A stretch of DNA of 43,600 nucleotides. Origin: Octopus bimaculoides. Lineage: Eukaryota. The stretch spans positions 98,862,651 through 98,906,250 of the forward strand of contig NC_068986.1 of NCBI RefSeq assembly GCF_001194135.2, given 5' to 3'. Below are positions 1-11,774 of this stretch, one piece after another (the first letter of the stretch is position 1; each line of letters opens with the position of its first letter). The notes beneath the pieces are model-generated. The model ran no database searches. It saw nothing but the letters and a program-made list of their open reading frames with translations, and was not told where the DNA came from. The translations under genes were made by a program, and so were the position numbers.

Positions 1-229
1 AGCAGTACGTACGTTTCGTACAAACTTCATTTATTTATGTAGTGAGAACACCACATAAAATGTGCAATGAAAATGTACCCCTCAGCTGCATAATGGAATT
101 TCATTTTAGAAAGTCATTTTCTAGATGTGTGCAAAAAACAAGAGTAGAAGACGAAATACCATCTTGACTGGGCTGCCAATCAACAGTCTAGTGAATCAAA
201 CAAGAATTTAATTTCTATATATTCTAATT

Positions 230-1310
230 GGAGGGGTAAGATAGTAGTAATTTCAATTTAGAGGAAGATAGATTAAGTAGTAATGGACAGTAGGTTAGGG
301 GTAAATCAAGCAAGAAAAAAAAGGGAAAAAGGAAAATGTATATATAGAATGAAACTGGAAGGACAATACCCTAAGGAGTGGCTAGAGGAAATTTAAGGTA
401 AGGGAATTTAGGTCAAGATATTGGAGAATTATTAAGAATTTATCTATTCCTCAGTATATTTAGAATAAAACAACAAAACACTAAAGTACTAAATTTAAAA
501 TCATAGGGAACATTAATAGTTAAATTAGAACAAGACAAACATTTATAGTTAAAATAAGATATACATTAATGTGGGGTAGTAGAAGAGAGATATTATTTAT
601 AAGTAAAACCATAATATCAATGGCCAAAAACAAGACTAAGAGAAAGGGGGGAAGAAGGAGGAGGAAAAAAGGGGGAGGAATAAAGTTAGAAAATCAGGGC
701 TAAACTAGGAGAATTAAAGCTAAGGTTTCAGAATATGGTAGAAGAGACTTAGAATTAGCTAGAGAAATGTAGGAATATTATCAGTGGGTTGGGAAAAGTT
801 AAAATGTATTCTAAATTTATACTTTACAGCTATAACTCAAATAAAGTAGTTAATAGTCAGGGAAACGAGAGGAATTAAAATAATATATTATCAGCAATAT
901 TTTTTTAATAATTTAAAAAGTATATCCAACTGAAAGGGAAAGTGAGGCTGGAGAGGGGGGGTACCGTCACCCAGTAAGTTCGTTGAAAGGTGGGTGAATG
1001 TGGCAAGAACGTCCAACGTGAATGGGCCTACTCCAAGTGTGCAGCTGTTGGCCGGATGGAAGGGAGAAGAGAGGATGCCTTCCTGGGTGCCGTTGGCGTT
1101 AAGGGGTCCATAGTGCGTAAGATCTCTTTGGTCACCTTACAGTGGAACTCCGCCCCCTATTTTGGAATCATATTGTTGATTTAATCTCTTTGTTAATAGT
1201 TGTGTTTGTTGTGTTTGTTGGCTGTTGACACGTTTAACCTCACTGTCCCTTGTCTGTGTATCATTCTCCATGTTTTGTGTTCGGCCCTGGTGGCCACTAA
1301 AGAAAGAATT
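230..1310 (+). mobile_element. 5'-truncated Tx1/L1-like LINE 3' end (ORF2 C-terminus and 3' UTR)
   Basis: About 925-1030 encodes, across frameshifts, LKGKVRLER...ERWVNVARTS, homologous to LKRNVRMER...RWVNVAKM of the element at 18.3 kb. The tail tgtgttcggccctggtggccactaaagaaag resembles that element's tail and is followed by (ATT)n. The 230-920 part is AT-rich and degenerate, so its assignment is less certain. Confidence 0.65.
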
Positions 1311-1369
1311 ATTATCATTATTTATTATTATTATTATTATTTTCTAGTTCAAATGTAAAAAAAAATCAG

Positions 1370-2170
1370 TTTGCTTTTACATTGAGACAAAATATAAAAT
1401 TTAACAAAATCATGTAAACTTTCCGATACGAAGAGATAATCAGAGTTAAAATCACAGCTTGCTTTCTATTTTCAAATATATGTATAGATGCAATATTTAT
1501 TTCAGATCGGAAGAGCNNNNNNNNNNNNNNNNNNNNNNNNNNNNNNNNNNNNNNNNNNNNNNNNNNNNNNNNNNNNNNNNNNNNNNNNNNNNNNNNNNNN
1601 NNNNNNNNNNNNNNNNNNNNNNNNNNNNNNNNNNNNNNNNNNNNNNNNNNNNNNNNNNNNNNNNNNNNNNATATAATCTTCTTGCTAGCTTACGGAGTGA
1701 CATTTCTAATTCTTTATTCAACGTTTCAATATTTTTGTCTAAATTATTTTTCTCACACCCCTCCCCGCTCTTCCGCAAGTTATATTCACTCAAGTCTTAA
1801 AAACGATTTTATTTTTCTACACTACTCCCATGCCTAACAATATAAAATGAACAGAATGAGGCCCATGTTGGCGCTATATCGAACTACACATATTACCACT
1901 GATATTTCAGGTAGAAGTCCGCTGATCGTCGCCATTTCATTTCGATTTTTCTGGAAATTAAAAACTCAAATACGTGCCCGAAATTTCTTTCACGGCAATG
2001 TCTTTCGGTTGATAGCACGAAATTCCTATCTCAACCAAATTCAAGGATTGTACAATTAACGCTTTCTTGAGAATTAAGTTTTATTTACTGTTGCGGAAAT
2101 TGCATCATAAAGTTTCTTCCGGTCGTACCAAGTTGGTTATTAAGAAACTTATGTTTGTCCAAATGATCTA
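1370..2170 (-). mobile_element. Degenerate CR1/L2-like LINE RT relic, copy A (contains gap)
   Basis: Minus strand gives ICVVRYSANMGLILF (aligns to TSGVPQGSVLGPLLF) and LNKELEMSLRKLARRLY. It shares the motif aaatcacagcttg with copies B-D. Confidence 0.6.
1504..1516 (+). other. Illumina adapter remnant (AGATCGGAAGAGC) at contig edge; assembly artefact
   Basis: Exact 13-nt adapter stem immediately before the N-gap at 1517-1670. Confidence 0.9.
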
Positions 2171-2283
2171 TTATTCAAAATGTATATAAATCTCTTCGGG
2201 ATATCGTGCTTATATATATAGATATGCTTGTATGTATGTATTATGTACGCATGCATCTATGTGTGTGTATATGTACACACATG

Positions 2284-2454
2284 CAGTACAGTCTTAAGGT
2301 ATGGGCACACTGGGGAGTGACCGGGGGTGGTTTCACAGATCTAGGGGCCCAATTCTTATTTGGGTATGATGTGCCTTGCTGTCAATAAATGAATAGCATA
2401 GGGCCTAATATACTGATTTGCCCTGGGGTCTATAACGCTGCTAAGACGCCCTTG
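2284..2454. mobile_element. Short hAT-like MITE, old
   Basis: Imperfect termini cagtacagtcttaa / taagacgcccttg resemble CAGGGCCGTCTTAA-type TIRs. No clean TSD. Confidence 0.45.
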
Positions 2455-2685
2455 CATACAATTATATATATGTGAGTGTGTGTGTTAGTTAATTTATGAA
2501 TCAGTCAAACAAATAATAGGTGGACAGCACGACGTTAAACTTTGCAGTATGTGTTTTTAATAAGCACATTTTTAACCTTGCCATGTAAAATATTTGCTTC
2601 TCGCATATGTTGCCAGGAAAATTAATTAATGTCCGGAGTAACCAGATCGATCGCTTTTTTCGTTTCTGTCTGGTCGCAATAATTT

Positions 2686-3020
2686 TGGAGGGTGCTAATC
2701 GATTACATCGACCCCAGTGCTTGACTGATCCGTAATTCATAGGCTCCGAAAGGATGAAAGATAAAGTCGACATCGGCAGAATTTGAACTCCGAACGTAAA
2801 GACGGACGAAATGCCACTAAGCATTTTGTCCAGCATGCTAAGGATTTTGCCAGTTTGCCGCTTTAAATTATCCATTAATATTCGTTTCCAGTTTTGGTAT
2901 AAGTCCAGCAATTTCGGAGGAAGGAGTAAGTCTATTACATCGATTTCAGTGTTCGACTGGTACTTATTTTATCGACTCCGAAAAGCTGAAAGGCAAAGTC
3001 GACCTCGGCGGAATTTGAAA
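2686..3020 (-). mobile_element. Two tRNA-like SINE family-1 copies (2686-2866 and partial 2893-3020)
   Basis: Reverse complement of the family-1 core (head aaggcggcgagctggcagaatcgttag, B-box-like agttcaaatt, gtcgactttgcctttcatcctttcg, gatgtaatcga). Confidence 0.85.
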
Positions 3021-3040
3021 TTATCCGTTAACTTCTCTCT

Positions 3041-3421
3041 TTAAGGCGGCGAGCTGGCAGAGTCGTTACCACGCCGGGCAAAATACTTAACTTAACAGCA
3101 TTTCGTCCATCTTTATGTTCTTAGTTCAAATTCTGCCGAGGTTGACTTTGCCTTTTATCCTTTCATAGCCAATAAAAAAAGTACAAGTTCAACACTGCTC
3201 TCCCGAAACTGCTGGCCTTGAGTCAAAATTTGAAATCGATATTAACTTCTCTCTCTAAGGCGACGAGCCAGCAGAATCGTTAGGGCATTGGATTAAATGC
3301 GTAGCCCCAATTTCCCCGGCTGTTTGAGTTCTGAGCGCAAATTTCACTGAGACAAACTTCACATTTCATCCTTTCGGGGTCAATATGATAGAGTTCAAGT
3401 CAAGTGTAATCGACTAATCCC
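3041..3421 (+). mobile_element. Two SINE family-1 copies (3041-3235, 3257-3421)
   Basis: Heads taaggcggcgagctggcagag and taaggcgacgagccagcagaatcgttag, followed by family core motifs. Confidence 0.85.
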
Positions 3422-3714
3422 AATCATTTTAATGAAGTAATAGGCATTGATGATAGTTCAAGCAGGTGTTTTTGCAGCAATATAGTTCCAAGTTTCATCA
3501 CACGAATCGTTCAGTTATCTTAGGATATGGAGGAAGGCACTTGCCCAAGGTACGGTACAGCGTAATAAAATACGGATTTATCTGATAGCGAATCAAACAT
3601 CTTAACCACGCAGGAATGTCTGTGCACATGTTAAGACACAGCAAAAAACAATTATGTAAATAATTAAAGCAAGTTGAACATATTATTATTTTCTACTTAG
3701 TCTGTGAAATATCA

Positions 3715-4140
3715 CAGTTTACTTCTATATCGAAAACCAAAACAAAAATTTGACAAAATTTTGTAAATTTTCGATATGAAGAGATAAACGGAGTTAAAAT
3801 CACAGCTTGCTTCTAATTTTAAAAAAAATATGAATAGATGTCATATTTATTTCATACTGTTCCACACATTTCACAGACATTCATACTTTTCCTTGTGTAT
3901 ATCTCCTTGCTGGTTTACACAGAAGCACCTGTAGTTCTTCACTATTTTTTTACTCATTTTGTTTGTGCTTGTTTTATTTTTTGTTATTGTTTTCTTAGTT
4001 TCTCGTTCGTTTAAATTATTTTCCTTACCTACTTTCTTCCATTCATCTTCTCCGCACCCATTTGAACAATTACATCTTTTTTTAGGACACACGTGTTCAA
4101 ACTTCTACCATTATTTAATCATTACTACATACTTGTCATC
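3715..4140 (-). mobile_element. Degenerate CR1/L2-like LINE relic, copy C
   Basis: Minus strand SEELQVLLCKPARRY is homologous to copies A and D; shares aaaatcacagcttg. Confidence 0.55.
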
Positions 4141-4599
4141 AACAATGTATGACAATATATATATACAGGGAAGGGGTCAGACATGCGAACAAATACTGAA
4201 ATATTGTTTCGAGAAACCTGTTTTAACGGCAAAAATTCGAAATGAACAGTAATTCTTAGATTGAATAGATATATACATATTTTTGTATGTTTTTGGCGGT
4301 GGGTGGGTGTTACCAGACGTATCTGTTAATACCCTCGCGAAATACAAGTCTAATAGAGGCATATGTATATATTTGAGTTTAACAACATATTCCTATGGAT
4401 TAGTGGTACAGAAATTGAATCTGTGACCACGTGGTTTCGGGTTGAAATCGACCGCGACTGATCTAGTTCACGTTGTGTTTGTGGTACAAGACACTTTCAC
4501 GAGTTCCGTGAAGTAAAGTTGAATGTGGAGCCATCTGATTGTGGAGCATACTTCTGATCCAAATGGCTCTGACGGTAAGTATATCAGGAAAGTTAGAAA

Positions 4600-5950
4600 G
4601 ATTTCAAAATTTAAAAAATTGAATTGAACATACTAGTATATTTTTCATTTCATCTTTGAAAATATCATAGGTTAGTTTTACACGAAAAAGTTGTCGCAAA
4701 TTTACTTTAAAGTAATGATGTGAAAAGATAAAGAGATTCAAAAACATCACAGCTTATTTCTTTCTATTCTTTCTATTGTTTTAATTTAAGAACAAAAGTA
4801 ATGTTTATTTCACTTTATTACACACTTTTCTCAAAGTTTCAGATATTTGTTTGAATTCTTGATTACTAAGTATAAACCGAAATATTTTATGTGTTCGTTT
4901 TTGCTTTTTTTTTTTTCACTTTCTTTCTAAATTATTTTCTTATTCATCTGCAATTTATGCTCACTTCATTATTTTAAACAATTTCTTTTATTTTCTATCA
5001 CACCTGATACACAGTCTTGAATTGAGTGATGACAGTAGTGATTTCGTCTTCACTTCTGTGTTTGACAATATGACAAGTAACAAAACGGGACACAGAAACG
5101 ATGTCTTGTTGGACTCTGTTTCATAACAGACACCCCGGATAGTGTTTCGCAGCCTGCAAACATTTTATTGGTGTGTCTTGGAAAATCAGAGATCACAGTG
5201 CTTATACTTATTGTAAAGTCACTATTTACAGCTTGTGACAAGATCCCGTGCTTATCTTTGTCAAATACTCTGTGAAAATTAAGGAATACAGAAAAAGGCC
5301 TCATCAGAATTTTTATGCCGGTTGTTAGTCAAGTTTCCTCAGCATCAAAATGGGTGTTGTGAAGACGCTTTTGATTGCTAAATGCTGAGTATACTGTACA
5401 TGTACAGATAACATCAGTTTTCCAGGGATATAATGTTTTGCATCTTTGTGGTACATCTGTAGCTTATAATTTTCTATATTAGTTGTGGCAAGTTTACCAG
5501 TTAAGGTTAAACTTCGGGGAGGTTTGTAATATTCTACTGAAAAATTAGAAAAGTCGGCCGTGTGGACTACAAAATATTGTGACACTTCTTAATTTGGAAT
5601 GGTGGAGATGAAGTAATTTTGTCTTTGAATCTGCTGTCTCCTTGTACACTATTCTGTTAAGAGGGCAATTTGTCAAAGATATTATTTGAGGACAACTTCT
5701 ACACCGGGCATTATTCATAAGGTTCTAAAAACATGTTGCTATATGACAGAAGCTTATACTAATATGTGAGTTTCGATCAGTATGCCAAATGGGTTCATGT
5801 ACTTTTTTGGCCATATTAAAAGTAACATTTTAAGTGTTAACTAATCTTGGGCTTGTAGCGTTGCTGTTAAACTAAAAAAGCTCATTGTGTAAATAAGGTC
5901 TTTTTAAGGTGTCTTGTGAGTTTTAGTTGGAGTATTCGAGTATTGCTGAG
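4600..5950 (-). mobile_element. Degenerate CR1/L2-like LINE RT relic, copy B
   Basis: ORF 5050-5304 contains VFLNFHRVFDKDKHGIL (aligns to xLDFSKAFDxVxHxxL). Downstream RVQQDIVSVSRF aligns to GVPQGSVLGPVLF. Many stops and frameshifts. Confidence 0.7.
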
Positions 5951-7225
5951 CCACTGTATCAACGTTTATTCAAATATGCTTAGTATTTCTAATGTATATA
6001 CATATATATTTGTGTGTGTGTCTGTGTGTGTGTTCGCTTAAAAGTTCACACTCCTTTTGCGCTATTGTATGCCCCTCCCCCTCCACTTACTTATATTGAT
6101 AGAACCCTCTAATTAGTATACTTTTCACCAATGCAGAAACACTGTCGAAAAAAGTAGGCTTTTTCTCGGAGCTTGTTAATTTTAATTTCTTTATCTTGTA
6201 TTTCGAAAACTCAGAATAAAAATTTAGAGATTCAAGTTTAAAATTAGAAAATAGCAAAATGGATAAAACTAGAGTTATGTTAATTCTTAACGATATTGAA
6301 CCGATTGTTCCAATCTTTAAGATTGGTTGCTTTCCAAATATTGTAACTGAAGTTTCTTAAAATTAACGTAATCGATTTTCAGTCATAGCTGGATTAATTA
6401 ACCTACATTTAGCGTTAGCATCAAAATACATTGGTGGTTCTTAATGTTGCTGAATGCCACCATTTTGTCTATTATCTAGTTTCAAATTGGATGTTATAAT
6501 TTTTTCACGTCACTTTTTAATGTGTTGCACGTTTGCATGCTGGTTTTGTATAATGTTATCATTGTGTCTTTACTTTTATAGAGTATTGTCGACTTCCCAG
6601 AAGGTTTTGGTTTTATGATGAAATATTACAGCTTTTTAGAGAAGAAACATTTTCTAGACAGAATATTTCTTTGTGAGTTTCGTGCAGAAACCATTAGCGT
6701 GAATATGGTTGAGATGAGGTCTGATAAAAATGAGATATATTACTAAAATTATATATATATATATATATNNNNNNNNNNNNNNNNNNNNNNNNNNNNNNNN
6801 NNNNNNNNNNNNNNNNNNNNNNNNNNNNNNNNNNNNNNNNNNNNNNNNNNNNNNNNNNNNNNNNNNNNNNNNNNNNNNNNNNNNNNNNNNNNNNNNNNNN
6901 NNNNNNNNNNNNNNNNNNNNNNNNNNNNNNNNNNNNNNNNNNNNNNNNNNNNNNNNNNNNNNNNNNNNNNNNNNNNNNNNNNNNNNNNNNNNNNNNNNNN
7001 NNNNNNNNNNNNNNNNNNNNNNNNNNNNNNNNNNNNNNNNNNNNNNNNNNNNNNNNNNNNNNNNNNNNNNNNNNNNNNNNNNNNNNNNNNNNNNNNNNNN
7101 NNNNNNNNNNNNNNNNNNNNNNNNNNNNNNNNNNNNNNNNNNNNNNNNNNNNNNNNNNNNNNNNNNNNNNNNNNNNNNNNNNNNNNNNNNNNNNNNNNNN
7201 NNNNNNNNNNNNNNNNNNNNNNNNN

Positions 7226-7295
<70 letters not shown>
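7226..7295. repeat. (TG)n microsatellite at gap edge; other long tracts: (GATA)n ~8005-8065, (TG)n ~13016-13148, (TAA)n ~16110-16178, (CA)n ~40682-40778, (TTA)n ~42910-43095, (TA)n 43550-43600
   Basis: Read directly from the sequence. Confidence 0.95.
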
Positions 7296-7298
<3 letters not shown>

Positions 7299-7429
7299 GG
7301 TTTTATTAGTGTTGATGTTAGATTTATTAAATAAATTAGGAGGATTTAGCTCTCGTTAAAATAACAGGAAATTTATGTTATACAAAGTGTGTTGATAAAT
7401 CAAAAATTTACTATTTTTGTTACTGTTAA

Positions 7430-7790
7430 ATGTATATAAGTTAAGTAATATTTACAGAGAGCCAGCCTTGTAAATATTCGATTTTGTGAAACTCCACGCA
7501 AATGAGGAATTTGCATGGAAGATAAAATACTACATACGCCAGTCATATTTGGAATCTGAAGCTTAAAACCCAACCAACAATATCTCATTAGGTCACTTAG
7601 ATTCCTCTGACAAATATCAAAATTCCAACACCTGTCATTTGTGTACACCAGAAAAGTTACCGATATTCACACAACACGTAAACGATTAAAAGGATTAAAC
7701 GTTATACGGAACTGAGAGCACCCAACCCAGATATAATATATCAACTGGGATATCACACATAATCATTAAAAAATAATAGCTATCATATGA
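7430..7790 (+). mobile_element. Old Penelope-like GIY-YIG endonuclease fragment
   Basis: Broken frames TTYASHIWNLK, NTCHLCTPEKL and GLNVIRN*E parallel TSLASYVWQL, RHCELCIAE and INSRTE of the 33.4-kb copy. Confidence 0.55.
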
Positions 7791-8004
7791 ATATTTTCAT
7801 AGCAGAATGACCGCCTACTTTCCTATCACTCATATTTTTTGTTCATTTTTTTTCTTTTTTCAAAAGCCCTTTTCTCAAATAGTTATATCCACGACTTTAA
7901 ATCTATATTTTTTTCGTTTCTTTCATCTGTCATCCAATCATTAGTGCCATTGTACACAAGCCACATTTGCAGGTATACACACATGCGCGCATACACGCAC
8001 GTAC

Positions 8005-8066
<62 letters not shown>

Positions 8067-8199
8067 ATAGAAAGAGAGAGATATCACATGTGCGTCACAT
8101 ATGTGTGTGTGTACATCTGTGTGTATGTGTGTGTATATATATATTTATATATATATGCATGTATATATAGGAGCGATGTACACATAATGTTCATGAGTA

Positions 8200-8248
<49 letters not shown>

Positions 8249-8484
8249 CTCTGTCTGTGTGCGCGCGTACGTGCATGTGTGTGTACGTGGGTTGGTGATA
8301 TGAGACAGAAAAGAGAAAACCACCTGATTGCTAACGAACTTAGTCATACTTATGTGATATTAAAACATATTGACGATAAAGCAAGCTGGGGGAAAATTAT
8401 CGTCGTCGTCGTTGTCATCATCATCATCATCATTATCATCGTGATCATCATCATCGTCGTCATCATCATCATCATCATCACCAC

Positions 8485-8517
<33 letters not shown>

Positions 8518-8529
8518 TATTATTATTGT

Positions 8530-8650
8530 TGTTGTCGTTGCTTTTCTTTTCTTCTTTCTTCAAATTTTCTCCCATTTCTCGGCGAGAGTTTTCCGTACAC
8601 CTAGGGCAGAGAAGCTCATTGTATGCAGTCCCAGTTTACACACGCAAATT
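8530..8650 (-). mobile_element. 3' tail of R4/Dong-like element with (TAA/TGA)n tail at ~8395-8545
   Basis: Minus strand ctaggtgtacggaaaactctcgccgagaaatgg matches the tail ctaggtgtcaggaaaacactcggcaagaaatgg of the 9421-9846 copy. Confidence 0.65.
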
Positions 8651-8804
8651 CGCAGGTAAAATCTGTATCTAAAAAAATTAATAAATGAATAAATTCATGA
8701 ATGGATGTTGTTTTCACAGCGATAATGCTCTTCTCAGTACATGAGTCGTTCAAGTTATTATTATTATTATTCCAGTTATTATTATTATTATTATTATTAT
8801 TATT

Positions 8805-9202
8805 TAGGCGGCGAAGGCGGTGAGCTAGCAGAATCGTTAGCACACCGGATAAATGCTTAGCAGTATCTCGCCCGTCCTTACGTTCTGAGTTCAAATTCAA
8901 GTGCCGGCTGGGTAGTGGGGTCGGCAAAATCGACTACACCCTCCCCCAAAATTTCAGGCCTTGCTCCAATTATAGAAAGGATTATTATTTAGGATGCAAG
9001 CTGGCAGAATCGTTACCGCGCCGGGCAGAATGCTTGGCGGCATTTTGTCCGTCTCTGCGTTCTGAGTTCAAATTCTGTCGATATCGACTTTACCTTTTAT
9101 CGTTTCGAGTTCGATAATGTGACTACCAGTTGAACACTGGGGTCGATTTAATCGGCTTATCTCCTCCTCCGAGATTGCTGGCCCTGTGCCAAAATTTGAA
9201 AT
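8805..9202 (+). mobile_element. Two tandem SINE family-1 copies (8805-8985 internally deleted, 8990-9202)
   Basis: Heads aggcggcg...gagctagcagaatcgttag and gcaagctggcagaatcgtta, B-box-like gagttcaaatt, core motifs. Confidence 0.85.
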
Positions 9203-9339
9203 CATCATCATTATTATTATTGTTGTTGTCGCTGTTGTTGTTGCTGTTGTTGTTGCTGTCGTTGTTTTTGTTGTTTTGTTGTTGTCATCATCATCATCAT
9301 CAATATTATTATTAGTAGTATCATCATCATCATCATCAT

Positions 9340-9374
<35 letters not shown>

Positions 9375-9420
9375 ATATCATCATCATCATCATCATCATC
9401 ATTATTATTATCATTATTAG

Positions 9421-9846
9421 CTTCTTTCAATTTTGTTTCCATTTCTTGCCGAGTGTTTTCCTGACACCTAGGACAAAGAAACTCGCTGTATACATTGGAA
9501 AGCCATTAAAATAAAGAGATCAGATTGTTCCTTTATAAAGTCATGCGATAGTAAGAAGGGCATAAAAGACAGAAAGAAAATTGAAAGATGAAACAATGAA
9601 AAAAAAGAAGGCAGAAAATACAGAATGAAAAGGAAAGAAAATTCACAGCGACAATGCTTTTCGCAATACGTGTGACGTACCAATTAAGACAATCTTTTGC
9701 ATTTCCTGCATGGATGGTAAGCCAGAGATAATCCTCAAATAATTTTCAGTTCTTTTTCTGATCATCTCAAACGCTCCTACTAACACTGGTATTGTAACCG
9801 TCTTGAGATGTCACATCTTTTCGATTTCAATTAGCAAATCAGCAAA
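9421..9846 (-). mobile_element. R4/Dong-like (RLE-type) non-LTR retrotransposon 3' fragment
   Basis: Minus strand DLLIEIEKM*HLKTVTIPVLVGAFEMI...MQKIVLIGTSHVLRKALSL*, the typical R4/Dong RLE C-terminus. Flanked by (TAA)n-type tracts on both sides. Confidence 0.8.
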
Positions 9847-9861
9847 TATTATTATTATCAT

Positions 9862-10470
9862 TATTCATGTTGGTTGTACAACAGAACAATTAAACAAAAG
9901 GTTTAATGGGCACAGATTCGACGTCAGGCACAATAACAGTAGTTCGACAGAACTTGCTGAACATTTCGTTTCAAGTGGCTGCAATTTTGAAGGAGATTTG
10001 AAAGTGCGTATTCTCAGAAAATATTCTGAATCTGCTCCACTTTCACTTCTTAGAATGTATGAGGAGAAATATGTTTGCACGTTCTTAACATCACGCCCTG
10101 GGGGAATGAATGACAGGAGAATATCATCAAATTTATACAAAACTGTTTGATTAAATATTCTTCTTTCTCTCTTTTTCTTTCCTTTTTTTCTGTCGTCTTC
10201 ATTTTTCTATTTTTTCTGTTTTTTTTTTTATTTTCGGTGTTCCTGGGGTGTGTGTAGCATTGTGTGTCCTTTTCTATTGTTGGGAGTGCGCAAACTCTTC
10301 CTGGTATTGTATTGTGTTAGTTTTTTTGTTTTGTTTTTTCCTGAGGTAGTCTTTGTTGTGTTACTGCTTTATTGTGTGTTGAGTGTGTAATGTGTTTGTT
10401 GCATAGCTTGCTGGTGAAAGTTTATTTCACTGAATAATTGCTGTATAGAGTGTGTCTTGTTTGTATGTAT
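9862..10470 (+). mobile_element. Penelope-like element 3' fragment: GIY-YIG C-terminal half (9862-10150) plus T-rich 3' region
   Basis: HVGCTTEQLNKRFNGHRFDV...TELAEHF...LRMYEEKYVCTFLTSRPGGMN matches the (Y)xG-T...R..H...E...P.GxN pattern of PLE GIY-YIG domains. Confidence 0.85.
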
Positions 10471-10534
10471 TAACTATTATTATTGTTATTATTATAATTT
10501 TTATCATTATCATCATCATCGTCGTCGTTGTTGC

Positions 10535-10570
<36 letters not shown>

Positions 10571-10686
10571 TACTACTACTACTACTATTGTTATTATTAT
10601 TAAGGCAGCGAGCTGGCAAAATCTTTAGCATGCCTAGAAAAATACTTAGCGTGATTTCATTCGTCTTTAGGCTTATTGTTATTATT

Positions 10687-11234
10687 GAGAGAGCAATGCA
10701 TGCTATCAAAATGACACTGGTTAAAATATACGAAGCCCATTATACCCATCATGACTACCCGTCTGATGAGAGTACAACAGGCACATGCATCACAACCATA
10801 TGTGTGCAACACAGTGATCTTATATCAAGATAAACAGCGCATGGCCTCGCAGGTGGGGACCAGTTAGAATTTTCTTCGGGTCCAGTAGCCCATCCCGCTC
10901 AAAAGATCCCTGAATAAGGGTTATTTAAGGATGTTGAACGAAACACACGTTTCCAAAGATGAATTATCCAAACCCCCGAAGAATTCTTCTCAACACATGA
11001 CTATGATGCTCTCCCACTACTTCTGCTCATGATCAGAGATGCACATATCGTCAGCCACTGAGGGACATGTTCAACTGGTTAAGGTTAAACAACTGACAAG
11101 CAAATCTGGTATTGAGCAGAATATTTGCTGTCGCCTATCTTTTGTACCAAGACAGCAATGTCCATGATAACACTTCCAATCAATTAAGGTGAGAAGCCAT
11201 GAAACACACTGCCTGGTACTGCATAAGGGCATTT
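10687..11234. repeat. Unclassified ~550-bp dispersed repeat between (TTA)n tracts
   Basis: Non-coding block sharply bounded by microsatellites. I recall it as a common Octopus repeat but have not verified this. Confidence 0.5.
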
Positions 11235-11309
11235 GTTATTACTATTATTATTATTATTATTATCATCATCATCATCATTATCAGCATCAGCATCATAATC
11301 ATCATCATC

Positions 11310-11341
<32 letters not shown>

Positions 11342-11467
11342 TATCAGCATCAAGATCATAATCATCACCATTATCATAATCATCACCATCATCATCAACA
11401 ACATCATCATCATCATCATCATCATTATTATTATTATTAATATTATTATTCCTTTTGTTACTATTAT

Positions 11468-11685
11468 TAAGGCGGTGAGCTGACAAAATCTTTAGCATTC
11501 CGGCAGAAATGCTCAGTGTCATTTCATCCGTCTTTCAGTTTTGAGTTCAAATTACGCCGATGTCGACTTTGCCTTTCATCCTTTCGAAGTTGATAAAAAG
11601 CGTACCAGTTGAGCACTAGAGTCGATGTAATCGACCTACCCCCTCCTCCCAACTTGCTGGCCTCGTGCTAAAATTTGAAACCATT
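11468..11685 (+). mobile_element. SINE family-1 copy (a partial head also at 10601-10670)
   Basis: taaggcggtgagctgacaaaatc...gagttcaaatt...gtcgactttgcctttcatcctttcg...gtcgatgtaatcgac. Confidence 0.85.
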
Positions 11686-11774
11686 AGTATTATCATCATC
11701 AACATCGTCGTCATCAACATTATCATCGTCTTCGTCATCAACAACATTACCATCATCGTTTTCCATCTCTTATG

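Noticed and set aside
1-35. Minus-strand atgaagtttgtacgaaacgta resembling a hammerhead
   Set aside because: The CUG of the core and helix I pairing are missing.
5015-5125. Apparent plus-strand terminal exon (LELSDDSSDF...LLDSVS*) with an upstream GTAAGT donor at ~4575
   Set aside because: It lies antisense within CR1/L2 RT relic B, and the donor and acceptor phases give an immediate stop.
5300-5820. LRR/Toll-like or Cys-loop receptor pseudogene suggested by YPWKTDVICTC and hydrophobic stretches
   Set aside because: Neighbouring frames carry RT motifs (LDFSKAFD-like, GVPQG-like), which a LINE relic explains better.
10415-10450. Hammerhead-like ctggtga...gaat downstream of the 9.9-kb PLE
   Set aside because: Two core mismatches and poor helices; indistinguishable from chance.
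10755-10830. CTGATGA hammerhead core
   Set aside because: No helix II followed by GAAA and no NUH in register.
8084-11522. Many poly-N/D/I/H/T and HTHT/CVCV ORFs here and throughout the window
   Set aside because: They are translations of (TAA), (TGA), (CA) and (TA) microsatellites.
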